From: a virus
IMG/VR virus record: IMGVR_UViG_3300020732_000008
Span: 1 to 64,000 of that record
Strand: one strand, 5' to 3'
Length of the DNA stretch: 64,000 nt
A program made the position numbers and the translations under genes. Below are positions 17,335-26,879 of this stretch, in pieces; position 1 is the first letter of the stretch, and each line of letters begins with the position of its first letter. Under the pieces are notes generated by a model. That model saw nothing but the letters and a program-made list of their open reading frames with translations, ran no database searches and was not told the DNA's origin.

Positions 17335-18325
17335 TCTTGCTATCCAATCTTCCGAAGACTTCCTTCATTCGCTTCTGAGCTTTTGAATCAGCTGTAGCAG
17401 CTTCAACAACTTCTCGTTCCACAAACTTGTACCGGAACTTGTACCAGTACTTGAAGAACCGATGCATGATGCTATCCCCTTTGCCTGGCTCACGCAAACT
17501 ACGTGGGTCATTAAAGAAAGCTCGAATAGCAGCGAGTAGCTGAACTCTAGTAGCACCTTCACGAATGTGCTTGTTGATCATGACTGACAAGGTCTTGGCG
17601 TTTGCCTGATCAGGAACGCCGGGAAGCTTCTGCTGCAATAGAGCATAGAACTCTCCGACTAGGTCGTGAGTGTTCCAGAACTCTTCTGGCTTATCAAAGC
17701 GGCTGGCCGCTTTTCTTTCTGGGACAGTCTTCTTGTACTTAGCGTTAAGCCGTGCACGCTTCTGCTCTGGAGTTTCTTCGAAACGTCCAACAGCACCAAC
17801 GACATCTTCGTCAGCCATAGCAGCCAAGCGACGTATCTGGCTCTTAGAGAGCTCTGGCTTCTCCTCGCCGTCAAGATTCCAACCCATCTCATTTCCCTCC
17901 TTGGGTTTCACGCCCGCAGGGCGGGCAACCTGAATTGAAGGACGTAGTCCTTCAATGAGGTTTTGCTTACTACTATTATCTATATATATGACCGGCATAC
18001 GGTTGCCGGTCGGTAAACTGCCGGTCGGTGTACTGCCGGTCGGTGAAGTCAATCCAAAGGCCTCAGGCGTATTGTTCAAGGATCCCCATGCGAACATCAG
18101 TTCCGTGCCGCATTGTCCATTTTCATCTCGGTACTTATGTGATTCTATGTAGCCATGCTTCTTAAGCTCCCTCATCCAACCCTCGATCTTTTTAAGACCA
18201 TCTGGTAGGAACTGGTGAAACTCGTCAGCTGTTATTACTCGTCCTGTTTGCATCATCTTTAAGAAAAGATAACGTGCACCAACAGAAAGCATCGGATCGT
18301 CATAGACGTCTTCCGGCTTTTTCAT
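17327..18325 (-). CDS. replication initiator protein (N-terminal winged HTH)
   Basis: D..LS.GAR.L...ELK.HGYI N-terminus, internal iteron-like repeats, directly upstream of the DnaC-like gene. Confidence 0.75.
   Translation of the reverse strand: MKKPEDVYDDPMLSVGARYLFLKMMQTGRVITADEFHQFLPDGLKKIEGWMRELKKHGYIESHKYRDENGQCGTELMFAWGSLNNTPEAFGLTSPTGSTPTGSLPTGNRMPVIYIDNSSKQNLIEGLRPSIQVARPAGVKPKEGNEMGWNLDGEEKPELSKSQIRRLAAMADEDVVGAVGRFEETPEQKRARLNAKYKKTVPERKAASRFDKPEEFWNTHDLVGEFYALLQQKLPGVPDQANAKTLSVMINKHIREGATRVQLLAAIRAFFNDPRSLREPGKGDSIMHRFFKYWYKFRYKFVEREVVEAATADSKAQKRMKEVFGRLDSKNV
17971..18044. repeat. iteron-like repeats plus AT-rich tract (putative origin of replication)
   Basis: TGCCGGTCGGT at 18004, 18019 and 18034 (15-bp period); inverted ACCGGCA at 17991; TACTATTATCTATATATAT at 17971-17989. 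Confidence 0.7.
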
Positions 18326-18334
18326 TACCCCTCC

Positions 18335-18610
18335 TTAAGGACGGGGAACTCTCCTCGGCAATCCACTTAGATCCCGGGCGTTGACCCCGACGAAAGTTTG
18401 CTCCACAAGTAATGAACTTGTCAAACCGAGAAATGTAGATGCCAGGATTTCAAAAATTGTCGCCCGACTTAAGGGCATCATTATTGTTGTTCCCAGGACC
18501 GAGAATAGTAGCGCAAGTAAACCCCTCCATTTACCAAGGGGTGCGATGAGGCTTTCTACTGCCGTTAAAACGCATGCTGTTGCAAAAGCTACGATCAATA
18601 CGTTGGACAT
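18335..18610 (-). CDS. small membrane protein, holin-like
   Basis: Three hydrophobic segments and a basic C-terminus, at the end of the structural module. Confidence 0.55.
   Translation of the reverse strand: MSNVLIVAFATACVLTAVESLIAPLGKWRGLLALLFSVLGTTIMMPLSRATIFEILASTFLGLTSSLLVEQTFVGVNARDLSGLPRRVPRP
18395..18424 (-). promoter_or_regulatory. possible promoter for the replication operon, inside the holin-like gene
   Basis: TTGACA-N18-CAAACT about 70 nt upstream of the initiator ATG. Confidence 0.35.
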
Positions 18611-18617
18611 TTACCAC

Positions 18618-21600
18618 CTACTGTGTAAAGATTGTCCTGTCAATGTAGAAGTGGGAAGTTCCAGCTATATCATTGTCCGGCACAAAGCTGACAGAGATAG
18701 TTGCAAAACTTGTACCCGCTCCATATACTTCAGGTTGGCGTACTACTACAGGTAGATAGTACCAGATCCCTGCAGTAGTGATGTGAGTTGAGTTACTCTT
18801 GCTGAATACCGGGGTTCCTGAGGTATCTCCGGTGGTGTAGAACTTTGCCGTAAGAGTATAAACACCAAAGCCATTTGAATCCGGAGCCTTAAGAACTACA
18901 GAGCCAGTAGCTCCACGGTTGCTGTAGATCTGAGCTGTACTAGCGGTTAAACCAAACGCCCCAGTGCTAACTGAGGTGACATGGCAGTAACCCTGTCCGT
19001 GACTACAAAGATCATTGTATAAAGATCCTTTAGAAACTAGTCTCGCAAGAACAGCGTTAGTGGGGGTCCAACCAAGAAGGCTTGCTTCAAAAGAAGGAGA
19101 CTCAATTAAGTTACCCGCACCGTACTCTGTATATACATCTTCAGATGCTGTGTCTCCGGTTTGATGAATATAGCTAGAACCCAAAGGCAAGAAGTTTGAA
19201 AGGTTAGCATCAAGACGATAGTTCTTTAGCTGATAATTAGGCCAGTAGTTACTGATGCCACCATGAGCACTAGGAACTCTTGTACCCCAATAATTTGATC
19301 CGGAGTTTCCTAAGCTAGGAAGCTTAAAGGTATAGGCGTCTGCTGGATCAATAAACTTACTAGCATATTTTCCATTCTCTACCTGTACACCATCTAGATA
19401 AAAGGTTACGTTAGCCTGTATAGAAAGAGTAAAGCTTGTTTCTCCCTGTACTGGAATTCTTTCAACAAAAATACGTCGCCAGTTATTTGCATTGTATGAG
19501 TCAAGAACTACCACATTAGAAGTGGTAGAGCCATTAGCAGTCGTGCTGATCGTATAGGTTCCTGCAGGACCGTAGATGTACGCTGAAGAAATAATGTCCT
19601 CACCATTAGAGCCACCGCTTAAAGTGTAAGGTGGATAGATCGTGGTAGAAGCAGTCACTGTGCCGCCACTCTTAGTTACCTTAGCTAAAGTGGTGCCAAA
19701 CTTTGCTGTTGGGCTTTGATCAGAAGACATGGCAATGCTTCCGCCAGTTGCTGTCCATCCAGAAGTATTGGTTACAAAACTTGGGTTATTAACAAAGTTA
19801 AAGCGATCTCTTACTTCCCACAAGCAATCATTGGGGTCGTAATGATTCTCAGCTAGTGGATCGTTTGTTTGCCAAGATCCATCTCCTGTAAAGAATAGGG
19901 AGTTACTGTCAGTCATCTCCATAGCCATACCAAGTTGATTCATAGTATGGGTAAAAGAAGCGTTACTTATATAGAAGACGTCTCCGATATTTGCATTCTC
20001 AACATACACGGTGACCTTTGCTAAAGGTTGAGGAGAGTCTTGCGTTGAATCAGGTGCTACGCCGCCTGAAACGAGCTCTTGATATGCTTGAGTAAGCATC
20101 ATCGGCATTGAGTCTGTTACATCATTTACATTTGAATAGTATGGGTAACCCTGGCTGTCTTTAAGGATTTGAGTCTGCTCATTCGCACTTTGAGGAGCTG
20201 AGTACTCTACTCTAGCAACAGCGTTAGTCATACCGGCAGCTTCGAGAGCAGCTGTAGTAGCCACATCAACATTAAACTGATAGTACCTACTTGGGTAAAC
20301 TGCCATCCACTCTGAAACAACTGCAATTGTTCCTGCAGCAGTAGCCGTGACCTTAAGCATGGTGCTGTTATATGGCATAGAGAATGTGACGTTTGCTGTT
20401 TTACCTGTAATCGCTGCAGTTGTTGGAGAGGAAAGGGTAATAGAAGCCTGTTGATTAAAGTCAGACAATACAATGCTGGAGATTGTTGTACCTGAAGCAA
20501 TACCTGTTCCAGAAACAGACATGCCTTGAACAATGTCCACGTAGTTAACCGCAGGTACTCCACTAACGGCGTTATTTAATAGAAGGGTTGTCGAGTTATT
20601 AGCTGCAGAACCGTTTGTTGTAATAACGGCTCCTGGTCTTAAAGCTGCAGCTGGTGGATTAGAGTCCACTGTTAAGGAAGCGTTATACCCAAACCAACCA
20701 GTAGTACTGTCAACCATTCGTGGGTTAACAATGTTGTTTACTTGATCTCCGTCAGCTGTAAGCTGAGTAGCTCTAGGATCCTGGTACTCAAGGGTTTTAA
20801 TTTGAGCTTCTGCAAATTGCAACATATCAATAGCAAAGCGTTTTCCAACAGTTGTACCTGTGATCTGAATTCTCATTACAGCAAAAGAAGCATTAAGTGG
20901 TGCAGTCAATCCTTGGCGGTCAATGCTTCCTCCGGTAATAAACTCTGACCAAGCACTAGTTGTAGTAAAAGAGCTAGTTACTACGTCTGATCCAATGTGC
21001 AGATTATTGTTGTCATACCAACCTACGACAACTGTGTAGGATGCAGGAGTATCAATATGGCAAATCCAACCACTGAAAATGTAGTTCATACCGTTTTGAA
21101 CAGGGATGCCATACTGGCTCGCATATAAGGCAGTCGGTCCACCTACAGCTGGGGTTTGAGGAAGAGAGATTGTTACTGCGGTACCGGTAGAGGTAATAAG
21201 GCCGTAACCTGCTTGACGTGGTGGATACTGATAGTTATACATGTTAGGTACCGGTGCTACGATTGCTTTACCAATGTCAGTAGAAGAGGTAGAGTACTTC
21301 TTATTTACAAAACTACCACCTGTAACGTACCAATGTCCTGTGCTTTCCTCAAATGAGGAATCGTTGTAATCAAGCATCATATTTATGTATGGATCTATAT
21401 CAACAGACCAGTGCGTTAAAGCACCAATGTATTCTTGAATAGCAGAGCTAGTTCCTTTACTTGAAAAGTTTCCAAGACCAGTTCTATAAAGAGCACGGTG
21501 GTAGAAGTCGCCAAGTGAAGGTTCATAATTAAATCCAAGATCTGCCATCTTTGCAGGCAAAATCTGAGAAGGAATAGAGCTACTTGAGTTTGATAATTCA

Positions 21601-22136
21601 AGCAGGTTTAGGTCTGCTCTAAATCGATCATACTCAAAAGCAAACGCATCTAGTACTAGGTCTAAGTCAAGGCGGTCGGCTTGTCCGGTAACATCACCGT
21701 ACCCCTGGTAACTGTTTAACCAAGCTCCAGGAAACCATCGTTCAATTTTTTGCTTAGATCCGGTATCTCCAACAATGGTGGTATAGGTGCTGCCACAAGG
21801 AATCCAAGTAGTTCCATTGAATACCCAAATAGAGTAGAAGACTTGCTTTCCAAAGTTTGCATCTACATCATTAAAGCTTGTACGAAAGTTGTTGATGGTA
21901 CCCCCATCAACCAGTGTTCCGTCATAGGGAGTGTCTGGTGTGCCGACGTAGGTCTTAATTACCTTCCAATGAGTTATAACTCTATCCGCAGGATCACCAG
22001 AGATGGCATTCCAAGTTAACTGGATTTGGCCATAGTCATAGCACCATGCTTTTAGATCGGATGCGTAAAACGCTCCGACGTTAATAACTTCTCCATACGT
22101 TTCAGTACCGTATAGAATTAGACCATATTTTGCCAT
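18618..22136 (-). CDS. large baseplate/tail protein (gpI-like region plus carbohydrate-binding-like modules)
   Basis: KGT...I region; repeated N...NPSF(E) starts and YLDGVQVE-type ends of CBM-like folds; follows the baseplate J gene. Confidence 0.75.
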   Translation of the reverse strand: MAKYGLILYGTETYGEVINVGAFYASDLKAWCYDYGQIQLTWNAISGDPADRVITHWKVIKTYVGTPDTPYDGTLVDGGTINNFRTSFNDVDANFGKQVFYSIWVFNGTTWIPCGSTYTTIVGDTGSKQKIERWFPGAWLNSYQGYGDVTGQADRLDLDLVLDAFAFEYDRFRADLNLLELSNSSSSIPSQILPAKMADLGFNYEPSLGDFYHRALYRTGLGNFSSKGTSSAIQEYIGALTHWSVDIDPYINMMLDYNDSSFEESTGHWYVTGGSFVNKKYSTSSTDIGKAIVAPVPNMYNYQYPPRQAGYGLITSTGTAVTISLPQTPAVGGPTALYASQYGIPVQNGMNYIFSGWICHIDTPASYTVVVGWYDNNNLHIGSDVVTSSFTTTSAWSEFITGGSIDRQGLTAPLNASFAVMRIQITGTTVGKRFAIDMLQFAEAQIKTLEYQDPRATQLTADGDQVNNIVNPRMVDSTTGWFGYNASLTVDSNPPAAALRPGAVITTNGSAANNSTTLLLNNAVSGVPAVNYVDIVQGMSVSGTGIASGTTISSIVLSDFNQQASITLSSPTTAAITGKTANVTFSMPYNSTMLKVTATAAGTIAVVSEWMAVYPSRYYQFNVDVATTAALEAAGMTNAVARVEYSAPQSANEQTQILKDSQGYPYYSNVNDVTDSMPMMLTQAYQELVSGGVAPDSTQDSPQPLAKVTVYVENANIGDVFYISNASFTHTMNQLGMAMEMTDSNSLFFTGDGSWQTNDPLAENHYDPNDCLWEVRDRFNFVNNPSFVTNTSGWTATGGSIAMSSDQSPTAKFGTTLAKVTKSGGTVTASTTIYPPYTLSGGSNGEDIISSAYIYGPAGTYTISTTANGSTTSNVVVLDSYNANNWRRIFVERIPVQGETSFTLSIQANVTFYLDGVQVENGKYASKFIDPADAYTFKLPSLGNSGSNYWGTRVPSAHGGISNYWPNYQLKNYRLDANLSNFLPLGSSYIHQTGDTASEDVYTEYGAGNLIESPSFEASLLGWTPTNAVLARLVSKGSLYNDLCSHGQGYCHVTSVSTGAFGLTASTAQIYSNRGATGSVVLKAPDSNGFGVYTLTAKFYTTGDTSGTPVFSKSNSTHITTAGIWYYLPVVVRQPEVYGAGTSFATISVSFVPDNDIAGTSHFYIDRTIFTQ

Positions 22137-22144
22137 TAGTTAGA

Positions 22145-22699
22145 TTACATCCCAGCTAGTAAGAATGGGTTAAATGGGTTTGACGAGGCAACTGCAGCTG
22201 TTGCAGTAATCTCTGATTGAATAGTGTTCCAGTCTGAACTGTTTACATAAACTACATTTGCTGCACCAACATGGGGTATACCGCTATTGTCGACATTAAA
22301 TCCAAGAACATTTCCGTAGGTATAAGTTTCTACAAGGTTCCTGGTATTTGAAGAGATTCCATTTTTTACCGTAATACCAACACTTGATATCGCAGTGACG
22401 GCATCTCCACTCTTGGAGAAGTACGGACTGTTAGAGGTTGTCACACCATTAACAAGTCCAGCTTCAATGTTAGCCAAGCGATCAGACAGAGAATTCCATG
22501 GAGTAGAAGGTTGTGAAAAGGTTCCAGTCCATGTGGATGTGAGCATGCCTTCTTGAGCGATGCTTGTTCCATTGAGGTAGTACTCAATGTTGTAAACCTC
22601 AGTCTGCAAGGAGTTTACGTCATCAGCATTTACCGTATCCTGAAGGTTTACTTTAGGAGTAAAGGTGCGTACGTTTAACGGGAAGTATTGGGATGTCAT
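22145..22699 (-). CDS. tail/baseplate-associated fibre or adaptor protein
   Basis: A.DVN.LQ.EV and RL..IE motifs; C-terminal FNPFLLAGM. Confidence 0.6.
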   Translation of the reverse strand: MTSQYFPLNVRTFTPKVNLQDTVNADDVNSLQTEVYNIEYYLNGTSIAQEGMLTSTWTGTFSQPSTPWNSLSDRLANIEAGLVNGVTTSNSPYFSKSGDAVTAISSVGITVKNGISSNTRNLVETYTYGNVLGFNVDNSGIPHVGAANVVYVNSSDWNTIQSEITATAAVASSNPFNPFLLAGM

Positions 22700-22713
22700 T
22701 CTTTTCCTCTTCT

Positions 22714-24261
22714 TTAGCTATGTCCACCGGTAGGATTAATAACAAGATTACTTGCTGTAATGTATGGCAACTGGTTGGGGTTCAATGAGATTGTACCCAC
22801 ACTGTTGTCGTTAGCGGTGTTTAAAGCGGAAAGGGTTACGAACAGTACACCCGGTACGTTATTGATTGCCGATACAAGCTGAGACTGTGCAACTACTCTT
22901 CCAAATACATTCTGATCGTATGCAAAGAATCCGCCTGCATTTAAAAGTGCTTTCTTAATTGCAATTACAACGCTAGATTGTTTGTAAGCACCATCAATTG
23001 TTACGTTAGCAGTTACATAGATCGGTACATACGTTGGAGGTAGCACGGTTACAGAGCTTCCAATAATTAAGTTAGGCTCAAGAGATGCCTGTACTGCGAG
23101 CGCTAGATCGTTCCAATTACCTGTAGGAGTTGGAGTTCCATTAGTGGTTACAATTCCAGGGGTATAGGTTCCATCATCCTGGGTTTGAACGTAAAGACTG
23201 ACTGAGCTCCATGTTCCAGCTACGGCATTAGCTTTACCAACAAGAGGTACTGTTAACGCAAGGTTGCTGAAATCATTGAGGGTTACTCCTCTAAACTGAG
23301 TATTGATTGCCGCCTTAAGCTTGGACTTAAGCTGAGTTAGATCATCAGCGTCCGCACCACCTGATGCAGCATAGGTGTTGGATACTTGCAATGAAGAAAG
23401 AGCAGAAAGATCTGGGTTACCTGGAATAAAGGTAACTTCAGTCAATGCTCCTGCAACAATGTTTCCGGATAACCCTGCACTGGTCTTATAGATGGCTCCA
23501 ACTAACTGGTTAGTGGAAGGAATCATTCCATTAACGCCATCACCAAATACAACATTTGTTGTCCCATCTTCATTTAAGAAGGTAGTAAATACGTGGTCTG
23601 TAGGGCCTGCTTCAATAAGGTTTGCAACGTATGTCCACGGTGAAAAAGCTGCACCCTGACCAACGTATATGTTTAAAGATCCTTGAACAACGTTTGTATC
23701 ATAGATTGTAAACGTTTGGCTAAGTGACCCATCTGTTGTTCCCAAGCTAATGGGGATAGGCTTATGGTAGGTGGGATCAATTAAATCCGGGCGATCTGTA
23801 TTTACTGTCTTACCTTCAGTGGCGGCAATAGTTACTGTCTCACCTGGTTGAAGCTGGGTTGTTAGCTCAGCGGCCTCAAAGAAGACTTCACGATATAAGC
23901 CATAAATTAGGGGTGCCATAAACTGGGTACCTATTGGTACATCTAAAGCAGTAATTCCATTATTTGTAATACTTACTTCTACGTTAGCTGGAGTTGGGCC
24001 AGAGGGGGTATAGCCAAAAAGCTCTGCAAGCTGTAAAACGGTAGATGTTTTAGCTGAGGTTGTTATGGCGATTTCATTTGCAACACGGTCGGTGTAATAG
24101 GACATGATGTCGCCCATATAAGCAAAGGCTTCTACCATGATGTTTCCTAGATCATTTGGATCCGTAGGATTCCAGTTATAGCCTGTTCTAACGTTAATTA
24201 GATTGATGAGGTCGGCTTTGATAGATTCAAAGTCTCTAGAGGTATAGTCTATTTGAGTCAT
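22714..24261 (-). CDS. baseplate wedge protein (gpJ / T4 gp6-like)
   Basis: DYTSRDFESI, AYMGD..SYY.D, FGDG..G.IP, GGAD, R.VT..DF. Confidence 0.9.
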   Translation of the reverse strand: MTQIDYTSRDFESIKADLINLINVRTGYNWNPTDPNDLGNIMVEAFAYMGDIMSYYTDRVANEIAITTSAKTSTVLQLAELFGYTPSGPTPANVEVSITNNGITALDVPIGTQFMAPLIYGLYREVFFEAAELTTQLQPGETVTIAATEGKTVNTDRPDLIDPTYHKPIPISLGTTDGSLSQTFTIYDTNVVQGSLNIYVGQGAAFSPWTYVANLIEAGPTDHVFTTFLNEDGTTNVVFGDGVNGMIPSTNQLVGAIYKTSAGLSGNIVAGALTEVTFIPGNPDLSALSSLQVSNTYAASGGADADDLTQLKSKLKAAINTQFRGVTLNDFSNLALTVPLVGKANAVAGTWSSVSLYVQTQDDGTYTPGIVTTNGTPTPTGNWNDLALAVQASLEPNLIIGSSVTVLPPTYVPIYVTANVTIDGAYKQSSVVIAIKKALLNAGGFFAYDQNVFGRVVAQSQLVSAINNVPGVLFVTLSALNTANDNSVGTISLNPNQLPYITASNLVINPTGGHS

Positions 24262-24668
24262 TATGCCTGTCCTGTAATCGTTCCATCAGAATTAAAGATC
24301 GAGGTTTTGACAGTGCTTTGTAGCAGACTGCCGTCTGGTATCTGTATGACAACAAGAAGAGTTGCTGTTCCAAACTCATCAAAGTTCTCTACATCTACAG
24401 AGATTAATTTTACATCCGTCATCCATTTAGAAATGGCTGTACTTACAGCTGTTTGGACTGCTGGACCAAACTTGTTCTCATTCTGAAACAGGGCGTTAGT
24501 AAAATCAGTGCCGTAGGCTTGAAGCATTGGGCGTTGACCTACGTGGGTTGATAAAAGAGTCAACAAACGATCCAAGTAAATTTGTCCTGGATCTACAGTT
24601 GTATATACAACTCCAAATTTATCTAAAGTAAAGGGGTACTTAAGGGCTCTCACTGGACTCCAATCCAA
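24261..24668 (-). CDS. baseplate wedge / sheath initiator (gp25-like)
   Basis: LLST..GQRPM...YGT. Confidence 0.85.
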   Translation of the reverse strand: MDWSPVRALKYPFTLDKFGVVYTTVDPGQIYLDRLLTLLSTHVGQRPMLQAYGTDFTNALFQNENKFGPAVQTAVSTAISKWMTDVKLISVDVENFDEFGTATLLVVIQIPDGSLLQSTVKTSIFNSDGTITGQA

Positions 24669-25165
24669 ACTGGGTACTCAGGGTCTCCGGCTATAAACAT
24701 AATCCACACAAGCTGCCCTACATCAGGCACCGTTCTATGGGGGGTGTGTTCTGTGGTAGCGGCGTTGTCTGCTGCTACTGCAAGGGAATTTTTACCTGTA
24801 ACGGTTTTATGTGCATGGGTCAAAGTTCCCGCACCAGACTTGGCGACCACAGTCAAAGCGGGAATGCTTACAGAACCACCTTGAGGGTCTCCTGCGCTTA
24901 CCGGTGTAGTTGTAAGTAGGGCAGCAACTGACGCCGCAGTATGGGCTACATGGTCAGCATGAGTTTCATTTACAGTCACTGGAAGAACTGCTCTAGCCCA
25001 CCCATGAACCTCTTGCCCTGTAGGTTGGCTAACCGTAACTTGAATCCTATTTTTCTTTAATGGGTCGTTGATAGAGGTTACTTTGCCCTCATAAATTCCA
25101 TAGAATCTAAGTCGACCGGTAGGATCCATACCATATTCTTGATCGGGATAATGTTGAGTCGTCAT
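24650..25165 (-). CDS. baseplate spike, gp5/VgrG OB-fold
   Basis: FYGIY.GKV....DP....RIQV, VP.VG..VWIMF..GDP.YPVW.G; His-rich insertion. Confidence 0.88.
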   Translation of the reverse strand: MTTQHYPDQEYGMDPTGRLRFYGIYEGKVTSINDPLKKNRIQVTVSQPTGQEVHGWARAVLPVTVNETHADHVAHTAASVAALLTTTPVSAGDPQGGSVSIPALTVVAKSGAGTLTHAHKTVTGKNSLAVAADNAATTEHTPHRTVPDVGQLVWIMFIAGDPEYPVWIGVQ

Positions 25166-25767
25166 AGAACTGCGCTCCCCTTAGTTGCTGTCCAAGTAGT
25201 GGTTAACGAAGAAACTCCGTAATTAGGAACTGTGGCCGTATAGTTATATCCAGAAGCAGGATCTTCCGCAGCTGCAGTTACCGGAAAGGTGACTTGTGGA
25301 GAGGCTACGTATCTTGGTACTGGTACTGAGTTAGCGTTTACATTTGCGTCATAAGAACTCAGAGTTGAGTTAGCAACAGTTAAGCTTTGTCCAGCTATCT
25401 CTGAGTTAACGTTTCTATTTTCAGATGTGTTCTTAGCATTCGGATTGGTGTCACCAAGTTTATCTGTACCCAATTCTAGCTCGATCATGTACGGAGCTAC
25501 TGTTCCACCAAAAACATGGTGGACTGACAATACTGTCCAGTAACCCGACATGTCATTAGGCAATCCATCTAAATAGATTGGATCATAAGGACGCAGGGTA
25601 CACGTACCTACAACAGTCGCCTTAGCTCTGTAGGCATAACGATGTGTATCAGCTAGGTCGCTAGCGATGTACTTAGACTCGCTAAGAGAGGTTGCTACTT
25701 CATATACGTGGTGCTTCTTAAACTTAGCTGGAGAGCTAGATGAAGCACTTGAAAATCTACTCGCCAT
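25162..25767 (-). CDS. baseplate hub, C-terminal part (gp27/gpD-like)
   Basis: A..VG...LRPYD.IYL.G....SGYW.V.SV.H; probable start MASRF. Confidence 0.7.
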   Translation of the reverse strand: MASRFSSASSSSPAKFKKHHVYEVATSLSESKYIASDLADTHRYAYRAKATVVGTCTLRPYDPIYLDGLPNDMSGYWTVLSVHHVFGGTVAPYMIELELGTDKLGDTNPNAKNTSENRNVNSEIAGQSLTVANSTLSSYDANVNANSVPVPRYVASPQVTFPVTAAAEDPASGYNYTATVPNYGVSSLTTTWTATKGSAVL

Positions 25768-26599
25768 AAGTAAAGAAGTCCTCACTAGGGCTTAGGGATC
25801 CAAGATTAGGAACGCTGTAGTCCTTTGCAGCGTGGGTCGTAGCTATTGGTGTCGAGGTAATTGTTGAGGTACCAGTGATTACTCGGTTTACCTTTGCACC
25901 TAGATCTGGATTATCATCAGAGATCTCTGGTTCAAAGTAAAAGCAAGTACCATACATGCGGTTGTGGATACTTAATCCATCCTCATACTTAAAGTATGGG
26001 GCAGATGGCTTTTTTTCATTGTAGATTTTATCCTTAGATACAAATGTAAGGGTTGTGTTTTCAGCACGTAAAGCAAAGCCGGCTTGTTTAGCTAACCTAC
26101 GAAGAAGCTGCCAATCGCTTTGTCCTGCTTGAACTATCGACTCACGAATACGGGGATGGCGCTGGGTTACAGACTGCATGCCGTGCTTAGCTGCAATCTT
26201 AGAAACAACCCCATCAGCCGTGGTGTTCTTGTAAACCTTTTGATCAGTATTTTTTAGGAGGTACGAAGCGGAGACACAAGTAACAGTTGTAGAGTGAACC
26301 TCTGTACCTGAGCTGGGTTCTAGGGTATACACGTAACCATTAAACTTAGAAGAATTGGGTCCGCTTGTATAAACAAACTCAACAGGGTCCCCAGAGACTA
26401 CGATCGTGCTATCTAGAAAGGGTTTTCCTTTAAACTCAAGAACTAAGATGTCATGAGAATCTATCTCTTGAAAAAGTTCAGCACCGATCAAGAGCAGCTC
26501 TGTAGAAGGTGTTTTGGGAAAGCTTACAGAGAAGCTAGAGTGTCTAGCCGTAGACTCCCATAGGAAGTTACTTTGAGGGGAGATAGTTGTATCAGCCAT
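25757..26599 (-). CDS. baseplate hub, N-terminal part (gp27/gpD-like)
   Basis: F.GYV, Q.GQSDWQLLRRLA...GF. Confidence 0.8.
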   Translation of the reverse strand: MADTTISPQSNFLWESTARHSSFSVSFPKTPSTELLLIGAELFQEIDSHDILVLEFKGKPFLDSTIVVSGDPVEFVYTSGPNSSKFNGYVYTLEPSSGTEVHSTTVTCVSASYLLKNTDQKVYKNTTADGVVSKIAAKHGMQSVTQRHPRIRESIVQAGQSDWQLLRRLAKQAGFALRAENTTLTFVSKDKIYNEKKPSAPYFKYEDGLSIHNRMYGTCFYFEPEISDDNPDLGAKVNRVITGTSTITSTPIATTHAAKDYSVPNLGSLSPSEDFFTYGE

Positions 26600-26879
26600 T
26601 AGGAATCCTAATAACTGTTCCAGGAATAATGTCCCATGGGTCTGTAATCTCTGGATTTAAATCCATGATCTCCCACCAGTATGATGAGCTGCGTATTGCT
26701 CCAGAGTTTTGAGCAAGGTTACCTAATGTATCTCCGTCTTCCCAAGGATACTCAACATATGATGCGCTGAACTTGGTAGGCCAGTTTCTGTATACAGATA
26801 TGTCTGGAGAAATAGTTACTGCATTTACTACTTGAAGGATCGGTCCGTCGTAATATCTAGAGAGTCTGCTTATGCTCAT
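26592..26879 (-). CDS. LysM-like tail X / gp53-like baseplate protein
   Basis: SRY...GDTL..LA...WW.I.D.NP...PG..IRIP. Confidence 0.85.
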   Translation of the reverse strand: MSISRLSRYYDGPILQVVNAVTISPDISVYRNWPTKFSASYVEYPWEDGDTLGNLAQNSGAIRSSSYWWEIMDLNPEITDPWDIIPGTVIRIPNG

